Below are positions 9,421-19,631 of a stretch of 64,000 nt of DNA, in pieces. Source of the DNA: a virus (lineage: Duplodnaviria > Caudoviricetes); the IMG/VR virus record IMGVR_UViG_3300012344_000013, positions 1 to 64,000 of that record; one strand, given 5' to 3'. The translations under genes and the position numbers were made by a program. The notes under the pieces were generated by a model. That model was not told the DNA's origin. It ran no database searches and worked only from the letters and a program-made list of their open reading frames with translations. The stretch's first letter is position 1. Each line of letters starts with the position of its first letter.

Positions 9421-10623
9421 GTGGGAGCAAGAGAAGTCTTTATGAACACACTACAGACATGGCTTAATGAGGGACTAGCTGCAAAAAACGGGCATGTTCC
9501 AGCAGTAATAATGGCTGCTTATAATCAAAGAACAGCCCCGACAGATTCTGATGAAATGTCCGATGATTATTGGTGTGCTATTACAATGGGTGGGGCTGCA
9601 TTTTATGCAGGGGCTAGGGGAAATAACATGGTCCCTATTTCAAAGGCTTGTTGGTCTTTGGCTACAAAGTCTGCTGCTAATGGCACGTGGCATTCACTTT
9701 CAGAGGTAATGGCAGGTAACTACACACCAGAGTATGGAGATATTTATATTCAATTGATTGGTAACCAGCCAAACAGTAAAGGTGAGTTCAGCGGAAGTGG
9801 TCATACTGGTGCTGTATTATCCTATAATCCTAATACTTATATGCTAGAAACTATCAGCGGAAATGAAAACAATCGAATGAACAAAGGTAACTATAATATT
9901 GCAACCTACATTAGCTCTAAAGGAAAGCACTTTGTGGGATTTATTCATCCTAGATGGGAATTGGCTAATATACCTCCTGCGGAATATACACCAGGAGCAG
10001 TAAAAAAAACCACTACAACTATAAAAGCAAGTCCTGCTGCAAGAGCTAATAATACTATGTTTGGCGATTTATCGGTAACCTGTTCAGGTACTCAATTAGC
10101 GATGAGCGGATATATAGTAGATTCACTTAAAACTGATTATGTATATACGGCAGATTTATATTTAGCAGATTCAAAAGGAAGCGATTTGCAGTATATAGGT
10201 TATAAATTATGTGATGAGTTTTTAGATGGATTACAGGCGTATGGTGGAGGTAAACATAAGTTTGAAATGATTTGGGATTATAATGCATTAAGTAAATATG
10301 GTAATGGAAATTATTCCATTAAAATGTATGGTAGAAATCCCAATAATGGTACTAAAAAACTTATTATAACGAAGAGAATAAACATAACTTGTAAGTTGGG
10401 AGAGGCTATACAAGCAGATACTTCTAATGGAGAATATTATCCTATTTATTTAGGTAATAGTATATCTATTTGGGATGCACTAGAATCATTAGGTGTAGAT
10501 GGTACATATGGGCACAGAAAACTAATTGCAGCAGCCAACAATATAGAAGGTTATACAGGAACTGCTAGTCAAAACACTTATATGTTAAGTCTATTAAAAG
10601 AAGGTAAACTTATAAAAGAATGA
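9421..10623 (+). CDS. Second CHAP-like lysin with C-terminal DUF3597-like cell-wall-binding domain
   Basis: YWCAIT, YGDIYI, GHTGAV, ISGN; C-terminal 'SIWDALESLGVDGTYGHRKLIAAANNIEGYTGTASQNTYMLSLLK'. Confidence 0.75.
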   Translation: MGAREVFMNTLQTWLNEGLAAKNGHVPAVIMAAYNQRTAPTDSDEMSDDYWCAITMGGAAFYAGARGNNMVPISKACWSLATKSAANGTWHSLSEVMAGNYTPEYGDIYIQLIGNQPNSKGEFSGSGHTGAVLSYNPNTYMLETISGNENNRMNKGNYNIATYISSKGKHFVGFIHPRWELANIPPAEYTPGAVKKTTTTIKASPAARANNTMFGDLSVTCSGTQLAMSGYIVDSLKTDYVYTADLYLADSKGSDLQYIGYKLCDEFLDGLQAYGGGKHKFEMIWDYNALSKYGNGNYSIKMYGRNPNNGTKKLIITKRINITCKLGEAIQADTSNGEYYPIYLGNSISIWDALESLGVDGTYGHRKLIAAANNIEGYTGTASQNTYMLSLLKEGKLIKE

Positions 10624-10636
10624 AGGAGGTTGAATT

Positions 10637-11941
10637 ATGGCAGATATATCTAATAAATTTAATTTAGTTCAATGGGTAAATGATGAGACTAAATTAAATG
10701 AAGAGAATATGAATGGCTTAAGAAATGCTATACTTAGTTTAGATAGTTCTTTAACTACATTCGCTAATGATACTGCTACTACTATCACTAATACCTTAAA
10801 AGGTACAATAGCAGGAAATAACTTAGGTGTAGTAAGAATAGATTCTCAGTATGGTGTTGGTATTAGAGATGATGGTACTTTAACTATAAATCCAGCCAAT
10901 AAAGCAGCAATAGAGAACAAGAGTAATTTATTACCTTTAACTCCTGCTAATATTGATATAATATTTGACAAGGGTTTAAGAGAAGTTTCTCTAAGTGGTA
11001 AGTTTAATTTAAGTGAAGATGTACAAAATAGATTTTGTAATTACATAAATGCTGCTACTAAGACTAGCTTAAATTCCCTAACACAGCGTGTAATAAATCT
11101 TGAAAATAACCTTGGGAATAATTATTACGATAAAATTGAGGTAGATGGTAAATTAAAAGACCTGTCAGATTCATTATTAGATAGTAGTAGTTTATCAGTT
11201 AAGAAGACAGATTTTGCAGATTCTACTACTGGTAAGGATGGTATTCTTAAAGGAGCTCAGACTTCTGTTTCAATCGAAGAGGGAGTTATTAAAATAAGTA
11301 CTCCTACTAGCTTAGAGATAAAGAATGGCGCTAAGGGGAAAGCTCTTACAATAGATAATATAAAAGATTTATTAGATATTTTCTATCCAGTAGGTAGTTA
11401 TTATTGGACATCACAGAAGGCATTTAATCCTGAAGAATCTTTTGCTGGTAAATGGGTAAGAGTAGAAGGCGCGTTTGTATTTGCATATTCAGATGAATAT
11501 AAAAATATATTAAATTACGCAGGTGTTAATGCTAATGAATCAAATCTTACCTATAATACAGAAACTAAAAAAGAAATTACAACTCCTATGTCAGGACAGG
11601 ATGGTGTAACTTTAAGTTTGCAAAATCTTCCTGAGCATTATCATGATGCTCATCTTACAGTACCATTCACAGTATATGATTTAGACCATAGAATTGTTGG
11701 TACAGGACGGAGTGCAGTAGCAGGAAGTTCTGGGTATGCTACTAGTGACGGTTCAGTTACGGGTGCTACTTGGGGATTAAAGACATCTGGCAATGGTGTT
11801 AAGATAGTTCAAAACTATTCTGGCTCTTCTGAATACGGAGCCCACTGGGAAGGCGTGCAGGTATCTAATAGTGGTGGTGGTCTTCCTTTTAGCAATATGC
11901 CTCCATTTGTAATGGCTTATTGTTGGAGAAGAGTGTCTTGA
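10637..11941 (+). CDS. Tail fibre/baseplate protein with C-terminal collar (gp10/gp12-like) domain
   Basis: 'YPVGSYYWTS..FNP...F.GKW.R', 'VTLSLQNLPEH.H', 'NMPPFVMAYCWRRVS'. Confidence 0.75.
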   Translation: MADISNKFNLVQWVNDETKLNEENMNGLRNAILSLDSSLTTFANDTATTITNTLKGTIAGNNLGVVRIDSQYGVGIRDDGTLTINPANKAAIENKSNLLPLTPANIDIIFDKGLREVSLSGKFNLSEDVQNRFCNYINAATKTSLNSLTQRVINLENNLGNNYYDKIEVDGKLKDLSDSLLDSSSLSVKKTDFADSTTGKDGILKGAQTSVSIEEGVIKISTPTSLEIKNGAKGKALTIDNIKDLLDIFYPVGSYYWTSQKAFNPEESFAGKWVRVEGAFVFAYSDEYKNILNYAGVNANESNLTYNTETKKEITTPMSGQDGVTLSLQNLPEHYHDAHLTVPFTVYDLDHRIVGTGRSAVAGSSGYATSDGSVTGATWGLKTSGNGVKIVQNYSGSSEYGAHWEGVQVSNSGGGLPFSNMPPFVMAYCWRRVS

Positions 11942-11979
11942 CAATAAAATATTTATAAAGAAAATGCAGCACAAAAGAA

Positions 11980-11992
11980 GCTAAATTAAATA
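11980..11992 (+). promoter_or_regulatory. Putative late promoter GCTAAATTAAATA
   Basis: The same motif recurs intergenically at 19940 and 27298. Confidence 0.55.
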
Positions 11993-12069
11993 TATTTTGA
12001 CGGAACATAGGGAGGACAAAAGTTTCATAAAAATGTAGAGAAAATATTGATTAGAGGGGAAAGTAAAAT

Positions 12070-12498
12070 ATGGTAACCGTTAATGATGTTGAGTCTGCTG
12101 TAAGTCTTGCAGAGAAAATAAAAAAGATGTGGGATAATAGAAAATCCAAAAAGCTAGATAAGATTTCTGATAAAATAGATACAATGGACTCAACCGTTAA
12201 GGCTGATATAAACAATTTAGAAATTAAATTTGATTCTAAGATAGAAGAAGTTAATAGAAAAATAGATGAGAATGATATAAAAATCAAACGCGGGAGAATA
12301 CTTGATTTTGCAGATAGTATTCGAAGAGGAGTAAATCATTCAAGAGAAAGTTATATTCAAATTTTAGATGATATTACTAAATATAATAGATATTGTGATG
12401 AACATCCTGAATTTGAAAATGAGCGCACAGTATTAGCTTCTCAGATAATAGAAGAATCTCATAAAGAAAAGATGAAGAATAATAGCTATCTTGTTTAA
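12070..12498 (+). CDS. Conserved Firmicute-phage lysis-module/holin-associated protein
   Basis: Coiled coil, then 'RILDFAD...HSRESY.QILDDI..Y..YC..HPEFEN' pattern. Confidence 0.5.
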   Translation: MVTVNDVESAVSLAEKIKKMWDNRKSKKLDKISDKIDTMDSTVKADINNLEIKFDSKIEEVNRKIDENDIKIKRGRILDFADSIRRGVNHSRESYIQILDDITKYNRYCDEHPEFENERTVLASQIIEESHKEKMKNNSYLV

Positions 12499-12539
12499 TT
12501 TAAGTCTATAAAATTCACTTGTAGAGAGAGAGAGTTCAA

Positions 12540-12737
12540 ATGGCTAGTACGGATAAAAGTAAGAAGATAATGACTCTTGATAATCTTACATATTATGATG
12601 GTAAGATAAAGGGTTATATAAATGGTAAATATGTAGAAGTGAAAGCAGATTTATCTAAGTTAGAAGAAGAGATAGACAGAATAAAGGTGGAAACTATTTC
12701 GACTTCTGATGAGTTGATATTGCAGTCAAATGGATAA
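12540..12737 (+). CDS. Small fibre adaptor
   Basis: N-terminal 'LDNLTYYDGKIK' matches the N-terminus of 2980 ('GLKYYDERLK'). Confidence 0.6.
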   Translation: MASTDKSKKIMTLDNLTYYDGKIKGYINGKYVEVKADLSKLEEEIDRIKVETISTSDELILQSNG

Positions 12738-12760
12738 TTAGATATTGATGTGGGGATAGA

Positions 12761-12799
12761 TTGTATATTTATACAGTATTATGTATAAATATACTTTTT
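12761..12799 (+). promoter_or_regulatory. TTGTATA motif overlapping a 13-bp perfect hairpin with T-tail
   Basis: GTATATTTATACA-gtatta-TGTATAAATATAC-TTTTT. Confidence 0.5.
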
Positions 12800-12835
12800 A
12801 TATAAATAATTATTTATTATGAAAGGAATTAAGAA

Positions 12836-14092
12836 ATGGCAACAAAAACATTTCAAAATGTTCGCATTCAGCACAGAACAAAAACATCAGCTGAATGGCT
12901 TGCAATCACAGAAGCACCTCTTAAAGGTGAGTTGTGTGTCGAGCTTAATGTAGATGAAACTGGTAAAGGTATATCTACAAAAATTAAGATTGGCGATGGC
13001 ACTACACTTTTCAAAGACCTTGCTTATGTTGGTGGCAATGAAGCAAATGTAATTGAGACAGAAGTTCTTGCAAAAGGCGCAGACCATCTTGCAGCAATAA
13101 ATGCACTTGCAACAGGTCTTGAACTTCATGCGGGCGATATCGCAATTGCAAAAGAGAAAATTGATGATACTACAAATGGTAAACTTGCTTACACGGCTTA
13201 CGTTTATGATGGCGAAGCTTGGAAAGCAATGGACGGAAATTATTCAGCAGATAATGTATATTTTGACGCTGACCTTACCTATACTGCTAATATAGGAACA
13301 AAAACTGTTCCTTCAAGTGGTTCAGGTACAATAAGTGCAAAGGGAAAGAATGTTAAGCAAGTTCTTGCAGATATTCTTGCACTTGAAAAGAATCCCTCAA
13401 AAACTGCTCCCGCTGTTTCGTTTAGTGCACAGGGCGGTTTTGGTACTTTTGAAATAGGTACTAAGAAAACTCTTACTTATACTGCTGCTCTTAGCGCTGG
13501 TTCTTATACTTATGGACCTGCGACTGGCATTACTGCTCAGTCTTGGAGTGTAGCTTGTGATGGTAAGACGCTTATGACAGCATCAGGTAATTTTGCTGAT
13601 GTAGTTGCAGAGAGCACTGCTAAGAATATTGTTGCAACAGCTACTTATAATGAAGGTGCTGTTCCCAAAACAAACCTTGGCAATGATTATCCCGCTGGCA
13701 AAATTGCTGCTGGCTCTGCTTCAAAGACTTCTAATAACCTTACTGGTGTTAGATATATGTTCTATGGAGCAATGACTACTGATGCTGCTCTTTCAAGTGC
13801 TACAATTCGTGCGCTTGGACACAGTGAAGCTGCTGCTAAAAAGACGATTACGACTTTTGGTGCTGGTGCTGGTGCAGTTAAGGTAGTAGTTGCAGTTCCC
13901 GCTGGCTATAAAGTAACAAAGGTACTTATGCCTTCTGCTATGAGCGCTGACGCTACAAATTCATTTGTAAAATCAAACGTTCAGGTTGATGTTGAAGGTG
14001 CTAACGGTTATACAGCCACAAAATATGATGTATGGGTTTATCAGCCTGCTTCTATTGACGCAACTGAAACTTATGCAGTTACAATAGGTTAA
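12836..14092 (+). CDS. Fibre protein with Mtd-N/hyaluronidase-N-like N-terminal module
   Basis: 'RIQHR....EW....PLKGELCVE....KIKIGDG.T.F.DL.Y'; beta-rich Ala/Thr body. Confidence 0.7.
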   Translation: MATKTFQNVRIQHRTKTSAEWLAITEAPLKGELCVELNVDETGKGISTKIKIGDGTTLFKDLAYVGGNEANVIETEVLAKGADHLAAINALATGLELHAGDIAIAKEKIDDTTNGKLAYTAYVYDGEAWKAMDGNYSADNVYFDADLTYTANIGTKTVPSSGSGTISAKGKNVKQVLADILALEKNPSKTAPAVSFSAQGGFGTFEIGTKKTLTYTAALSAGSYTYGPATGITAQSWSVACDGKTLMTASGNFADVVAESTAKNIVATATYNEGAVPKTNLGNDYPAGKIAAGSASKTSNNLTGVRYMFYGAMTTDAALSSATIRALGHSEAAAKKTITTFGAGAGAVKVVVAVPAGYKVTKVLMPSAMSADATNSFVKSNVQVDVEGANGYTATKYDVWVYQPASIDATETYAVTIG

Positions 14093-14109
14093 TAGGAGGT
14101 TAGATAGAT

Positions 14110-16614
14110 ATGGCTACTATATTAAAGAACGCTGATTATATGGCTTTGCCGATGAATATCAAACGTGGAAATCCTATTCCTCTTGATACTACTGCTGTAT
14201 GGTATTCGGAAAGCGAAATGCAAACTTATGCACAGAGTGGCGCTACTGCTTATGTAGGTCAGATTCTTGTGCTTGTAGATGAAACGGCTCACACGACATC
14301 TGCGTATATGATTCAGGACGCTGCTGGTACGCTTATTAAGCTTGCTTCAACTACTGCAAGTGGCGACCTTGCTTCTGATGTCGCAAAACTTCAAAGCGCA
14401 ATTAAACTTACTGTTAAGGAAGTTGTTGCGGGTGATAAGTCAGTTAATGTTGTTATGGAAGATGTTAAAGATTCTGATAATAACGTAACTGGTAAAAAAG
14501 CTACTGTTAAAGTTAATATTTCGGCAGAGGCTGGAAACTCAATTTCTCTTAAAGAAGATGGATTGTTTGCAGTTGGCGCTGAATATTCAATTAAGAAACT
14601 TGAAACAGCTACTACGGGAATTACTGCTTCTTATCAGTTAACCAAAGATGGCACTGGTGTTGGCGCAGTTATTAACATTCCCAAGGACCTTGTGGTTAAA
14701 TCTGGTAGTGTTCAGACATTTACTGACGCAACTGCTCCTATGGTTGATGGCAAGAAACTTGCCGCAGGTACTTATATTGTACTTGTTCTTAATGACGAGG
14801 ATGAAACAAAACTTTACATTAAGGCTGACGATCTTATTGAATATGTAACATCAGGTTCGGGTGAGAACGATTCAGTACAAATTGCTGTTTCAGCTGACCA
14901 CAAAGTTACTGCTTCAATTAAAGATAAATCAATTGAAATTGGAAAACTTGCACAAGGTATTCAAGACAGTCTTGGTAAAGCAGATTCTGCTCTTCAAGCT
15001 GCTGATATCACAGCAGTTGCTGGCGGCGTAGGTAAGTTCAAAGTCGGCGAAACGGAAATCGTAGTAACTACTGATGCACATATTAAATCAGCCGTCGCAG
15101 ATGACATTGCAACAGCTAAAGAAGCTGCTATTGCTACTGCGGGTACTAACGCTGATACCAAGATTGCTAACAAAGTTGGCGAAATTGGCAACGATACAAC
15201 AGTAAAAGCTTATGTAGATGGTAAAGTAAAGGGTGTATCTGACACAGCTGCTGGTCTTGATACAAGACTTACTGCTGCTGAGGGTAATATTACTACTCTT
15301 CAAGAGAAGAAAATAGGCAAAGACGACCTTACTGACGCTTTCAAAACCGAAGTAAATACATTTGCCACTAAGACAGAAGTTGCTACGGCTAAATCAGAAG
15401 CAATTGCTGATGCCGAAGGTAAAATTGCTACTGCTAAATCTGAACTTATTGGCACAAAATCAGGTGAAGGTGCAAGCACAAAAGATTCTGATACTATCGA
15501 AGGTGCTAAACGCTATGCTGACGCTGTTGCTTCGGGTGCGCAAGGTGGTCTTGTAGGTAGCGATACTGATACTTCTGATAAGAACACTATTTACGGCGCT
15601 AAGAAATATGCAGAAGAGAAAGCAACTGCTGCTGAAAATGCCGCAAAGAAAGCTGCTTCTGATGCTCTTGCTCCTGTAAGTGACAAAGCAGACGCTAATG
15701 AAGCTGCTATTACAAAACTTAACGATGACAAAGAGACTGTTGGCTCAGTTGATAATAAAATCGACGCAGCATTAACAGACCTTTCTTATAATAAAATGGC
15801 TACGGCTGGTGAGTTCCTTGTATCAGCCAAACAGGAAAATGGTAAGATAAGCGTAGTATCAAAGGCTCTTGAAGTTTCTGATATTCCTACTCTTACGACA
15901 GCTAAACTTAGTGATTTTGACACTAAGATGGCTGAAAAACAAGATAAACTTACTTTCACAGATACTCCTTCTGCTGAAAATAAAGTTACAACAAAGAAAT
16001 ATGTTGATGATACTGTAACTGCTGCTGTTGCTGACCTTAGTGGTGCAATGCACTTTATCGGTGAATCAACTGTTGACCCCACTGGTGAAGCTGGACCGAC
16101 TGTTGAAGGCTATTCAAAAGCTTTCAAAGCTGGCGACGTTGTAACCTTTGGCAATAAAGAATATGTTCTTGATAAAGCGGGTGCTTGGAAAGAACTTGGC
16201 GATGAAGCTTCTTATATTGTAAAGGGTACTAAGTTCAAGGACGCTGACATCGCTTCTGACGCTAATATCGCACAATCAAAGATTGCTACGACAGGTTCAA
16301 TTACTGACGCTATTGCGGCGGCTAAGGCGGCGGCAGACGCTGCTCAGGCAGACGCTACTGCTAATGCAACTGCTATTAGTACAATTAACAACCTTGCAAT
16401 TATTAAAGATACAACAGCAACGATTAAAGCTGTTAAAGTTGACGCTGCTGTTAAGGCTGACCAAGACGGTGACGGCAATGTTATTAAGACAACTTATGCT
16501 ACTAAGACAGAGGTTACTACTCTTGATAATAGCCTTGCCGCAATTGCAAAAACTGGCAATGTAAACGACCTCGTTCAAACTGCTGGCGATGTAATTGTAT
16601 TCGATTGTAACTAA
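14110..16614 (+). CDS. Long Ala/Thr/Asp-rich fibre protein (coiled coil and beta segments)
   Basis: Heptad-rich AKxYA segments, 'INIPKDLVVKSG', 'GAMHFIG...W.ELGDE'; capsid-like codon usage. Confidence 0.7.
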   Translation: MATILKNADYMALPMNIKRGNPIPLDTTAVWYSESEMQTYAQSGATAYVGQILVLVDETAHTTSAYMIQDAAGTLIKLASTTASGDLASDVAKLQSAIKLTVKEVVAGDKSVNVVMEDVKDSDNNVTGKKATVKVNISAEAGNSISLKEDGLFAVGAEYSIKKLETATTGITASYQLTKDGTGVGAVINIPKDLVVKSGSVQTFTDATAPMVDGKKLAAGTYIVLVLNDEDETKLYIKADDLIEYVTSGSGENDSVQIAVSADHKVTASIKDKSIEIGKLAQGIQDSLGKADSALQAADITAVAGGVGKFKVGETEIVVTTDAHIKSAVADDIATAKEAAIATAGTNADTKIANKVGEIGNDTTVKAYVDGKVKGVSDTAAGLDTRLTAAEGNITTLQEKKIGKDDLTDAFKTEVNTFATKTEVATAKSEAIADAEGKIATAKSELIGTKSGEGASTKDSDTIEGAKRYADAVASGAQGGLVGSDTDTSDKNTIYGAKKYAEEKATAAENAAKKAASDALAPVSDKADANEAAITKLNDDKETVGSVDNKIDAALTDLSYNKMATAGEFLVSAKQENGKISVVSKALEVSDIPTLTTAKLSDFDTKMAEKQDKLTFTDTPSAENKVTTKKYVDDTVTAAVADLSGAMHFIGESTVDPTGEAGPTVEGYSKAFKAGDVVTFGNKEYVLDKAGAWKELGDEASYIVKGTKFKDADIASDANIAQSKIATTGSITDAIAAAKAAADAAQADATANATAISTINNLAIIKDTTATIKAVKVDAAVKADQDGDGNVIKTTYATKTEVTTLDNSLAAIAKTGNVNDLVQTAGDVIVFDCN

Positions 16615-16623
16615 TTAACTTTT

Positions 16624-16659
16624 GGAGGAGGAGAGAATACCTCTTTCTCCTCCTCTTTT
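16624..16659 (+). terminator. Intrinsic terminator
   Basis: GAGGAGGAGAGA / TTTCTCCTCCTC stem + TTTT. Confidence 0.8.
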
Positions 16660-16688
16660 ATAATATATTAAACAGGAGGTAAATAACT

Positions 16689-19619
16689 TTGTCGGACACA
16701 AAAGTATTTAAGACAAAAATTAGACAAAAGTTAATAACATCAACAAGCGAAGAAAATACTTACTTAGCAAGCATTACGCCCGCTAAGGGAGATTCATATA
16801 TAAATACTGCAAGCGGTAAAGCAGTATTGAAAGTTTATGACGGTAGTAAATGGGTAGATAACGAAGTTGATTTAAGTGATAAACTTGACGCTAATGGATT
16901 AAGTACAGAAGAGCAATCTAACTGGGGTTATTGGAGTCAAAATCAAAGCTCATCATTACAAACTACCAAAATAAAGAGAAATTCAAAAACTATTCTTAAT
17001 CTCAATACCGAAGATAATGTAACGGGGTATAGCAACGAAAGTGGTTGGCACATAACACCTAATGTAATAAACTCATCGCAAAGTTTTTCAGAAACAGATG
17101 CTAATGTGTACTTGAAATCAACAAGTACTGATGGCGTAGTTGGTGTAACAACTCAAAAGAATTTACCTGAAAATGAAGTCTTTATGAAAGCAACTTTTGA
17201 GGGCGACGGCGTGCATTTTACATCAGGCGGAGCGGGGCAAGCTGCTACATTAGATATTACTCGTGACAGCGTTAAACGTAATGATAAAACAGAAACGTGG
17301 GAAAATATTCTCAATGCTCCCTCTAAGATAGATTCAAAAGCAGACGCAGAAGATGTTGCTACCATCTCAAATGATATGACTTTGGTTAAAGCAAGCATAA
17401 ATACTCTTAGTAGTGATAAAGCTGATAAAACTGCTCTTGATGGTAAGTTAGATAAACTAACAACTGGCGGCGTTCAAAAGGTTTATGCACATACAGGTAA
17501 AACACAAAATGAAATAAATGTGAGTACATCAGGAGATACTGCTAATACAATACCTATTCGTGACAGTTATTATCGTATTAGTATAGGCGACCCAAACGGT
17601 AATAAAACAATTGATTATGCTGCTAATAAAACTTTTGTTAATGATACAGTAAACAGTGCAGTAAAAGACAAGGTTTATGAAGCCAATCTTCAACGGGGTG
17701 GCAAAAACTTTAAAGACAATTATAGCCCCGTTGACGCTGCTATGATGGGTATGTTTGGTGCGGATAGATTTAAGGCTATCTCAAAAGCAGACGCTATTAC
17801 AGTAGAATATTCTCGTGATGGTGGTACTACTTGGACAGATTTTGGTCTTACTGATGAAAGAAAATTACAATTGTTTTCTGATATAAGTGGAGATCCTTCA
17901 CCTAGGATAAACATAGGTAAGGCAACTACGGGAACAGAAATTACAACAGATTATAAATTAAGAATAACTATTGATACTTATGCGACAGGATTATATTGCA
18001 GTTTAAATAAATTTCTTCTTGATGTAAGTACAGACGGAAGTAGAGATTGTACTTGTACTATTGAAAGTGCACAATCGCAAGATACCACAGGGAATTTCGA
18101 TATAGTACACGCACAAGATGTTCCTATTGCTGGCTGGTCAGGAGTTAATGTAATTAACGTTTCTTCTTATGATTTTGGATATCCCAGTAGTTCTGCTAAT
18201 AGACGCGGTAAAATAAGATTTACTTTTAGTATTGGTTCTCATACTGAAACAGCACACACAGGATTGCAAATAAGAAGTATAAAAGCTTTTGGCGGCGTAG
18301 GTTGGTCAACTCCAAGTAATGAAGCACATTATAGAAGTCCATTTAGGTATGATGGTTCAAAATATATTGCTGACAGACCCTTTAACTTTACAAGTGATGT
18401 ACAAGCAGCGGGAAAACAATTAGCGACGCAAGAGTATGTAGATTCAAAATCATCTTCCGTAACAGTAGTAGACAATCTTACATCAACATCAACAACATCA
18501 GTATTAAGTGCTAATCAGGGTAAGGTGTTGAATGATAAACTTGACCTTAAATACGATTTAGCAAGTGGCGTAGGGCTTAACGATTACGATGTTAGTGTAA
18601 TAAGCGAAAACGGCGATTTAATGTCTGATGTATATGCTGGTGACATTAGCGTAACACAAGTTAATGGTAGTTCAGGATTAAGTGGTGGTATTAAGATAGA
18701 TAATTCTGTACCTACACTTTATTCAGGTAGCAAGAGTGAGACTATTGAGAATGTTATTGACAGTGTTATTGCAAGCGGTCTTACTGACGAGATTGCTAAA
18801 AACTATAATATAGTAAGTTCTAAAAATTGGACTAAAACTTCAAGCGGCGGAGGAATGTTAGGAGAAGCACAGTATAATAAATACTATCCTCTTGTATATA
18901 ATCAGCCTGTTAATGAAGAAGTAATAAAACTTGCTAAGATTATAAACGCAGAAACAAATGCTGTTTTGGCTACGTTTACAAGCGTTGAGGAATTAGATTC
19001 TAATACACACACAACTGCTTATCATTTTGGAGATAATTTCACTATTATTGTAATACATGAACAAGAGGGTGATTATACGCAATTGTATGATGGACGAATA
19101 CCTCCTTATTCTTGGGTAAATGGTTTTAGTTATGGCGTTTATTTATGTGGTGCTTTATTAAATACGAGTGGAGAGTATTGGTACGCTGAAAATATTCCAA
19201 ACACTGCTAACTTGCGTATTGAATTTCCTACGCCCCTTGTAGCACCCAAAGGTTCAAGAACAGCGATTGGCGGAACTTATTTTACAAGAGAAAAATATAT
19301 TTTCTATGATGACGGTAGAAGAGAATGTGAAATACTTGCTTGCGCAGAAAATGTGGCGATAACTTCTTCTTGGGGAAGTTTATACGAAGGCTCTCTCGGA
19401 AGTTTCTCTTTCTTAACAGGGTTCTTTACAACTGAACCTGAAATGTCGGTTGAAATGTGCAATACTCTTAATAGTGAAGAGAGTGGTGGTGTGGCTTGTT
19501 TTATAGAAACAGGTGTTAAACCTTCCACCACAAGCACTGGTGTTTTGTATGCTGTTAGACCTAACGGAAGTGGTGTGGGAAAAAGGATTTATTTCAAAAT
19601 CCACGCAAGACAAGTATAA
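16689..19619 (+). CDS. Tail fibre / receptor-binding protein
   Basis: TTG start with SD AGGAGGT; 'VVDNLTSTSTTSVLSANQGKVLNDKL' fibre repeat; C-terminal gp53-like tip ('YIFYDDGRREC...AITSSWGSLY...F...P'). Confidence 0.75.
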   Translation: MSDTKVFKTKIRQKLITSTSEENTYLASITPAKGDSYINTASGKAVLKVYDGSKWVDNEVDLSDKLDANGLSTEEQSNWGYWSQNQSSSLQTTKIKRNSKTILNLNTEDNVTGYSNESGWHITPNVINSSQSFSETDANVYLKSTSTDGVVGVTTQKNLPENEVFMKATFEGDGVHFTSGGAGQAATLDITRDSVKRNDKTETWENILNAPSKIDSKADAEDVATISNDMTLVKASINTLSSDKADKTALDGKLDKLTTGGVQKVYAHTGKTQNEINVSTSGDTANTIPIRDSYYRISIGDPNGNKTIDYAANKTFVNDTVNSAVKDKVYEANLQRGGKNFKDNYSPVDAAMMGMFGADRFKAISKADAITVEYSRDGGTTWTDFGLTDERKLQLFSDISGDPSPRINIGKATTGTEITTDYKLRITIDTYATGLYCSLNKFLLDVSTDGSRDCTCTIESAQSQDTTGNFDIVHAQDVPIAGWSGVNVINVSSYDFGYPSSSANRRGKIRFTFSIGSHTETAHTGLQIRSIKAFGGVGWSTPSNEAHYRSPFRYDGSKYIADRPFNFTSDVQAAGKQLATQEYVDSKSSSVTVVDNLTSTSTTSVLSANQGKVLNDKLDLKYDLASGVGLNDYDVSVISENGDLMSDVYAGDISVTQVNGSSGLSGGIKIDNSVPTLYSGSKSETIENVIDSVIASGLTDEIAKNYNIVSSKNWTKTSSGGGMLGEAQYNKYYPLVYNQPVNEEVIKLAKIINAETNAVLATFTSVEELDSNTHTTAYHFGDNFTIIVIHEQEGDYTQLYDGRIPPYSWVNGFSYGVYLCGALLNTSGEYWYAENIPNTANLRIEFPTPLVAPKGSRTAIGGTYFTREKYIFYDDGRRECEILACAENVAITSSWGSLYEGSLGSFSFLTGFFTTEPEMSVEMCNTLNSEESGGVACFIETGVKPSTTSTGVLYAVRPNGSGVGKRIYFKIHARQV

Positions 19620-19631
19620 GAGGTGATAACA

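Noticed and set aside
11938-11966. TTGACA as a sigmaA -35
   Set aside because: No acceptable -10 hexamer at 16-18 bp spacing.
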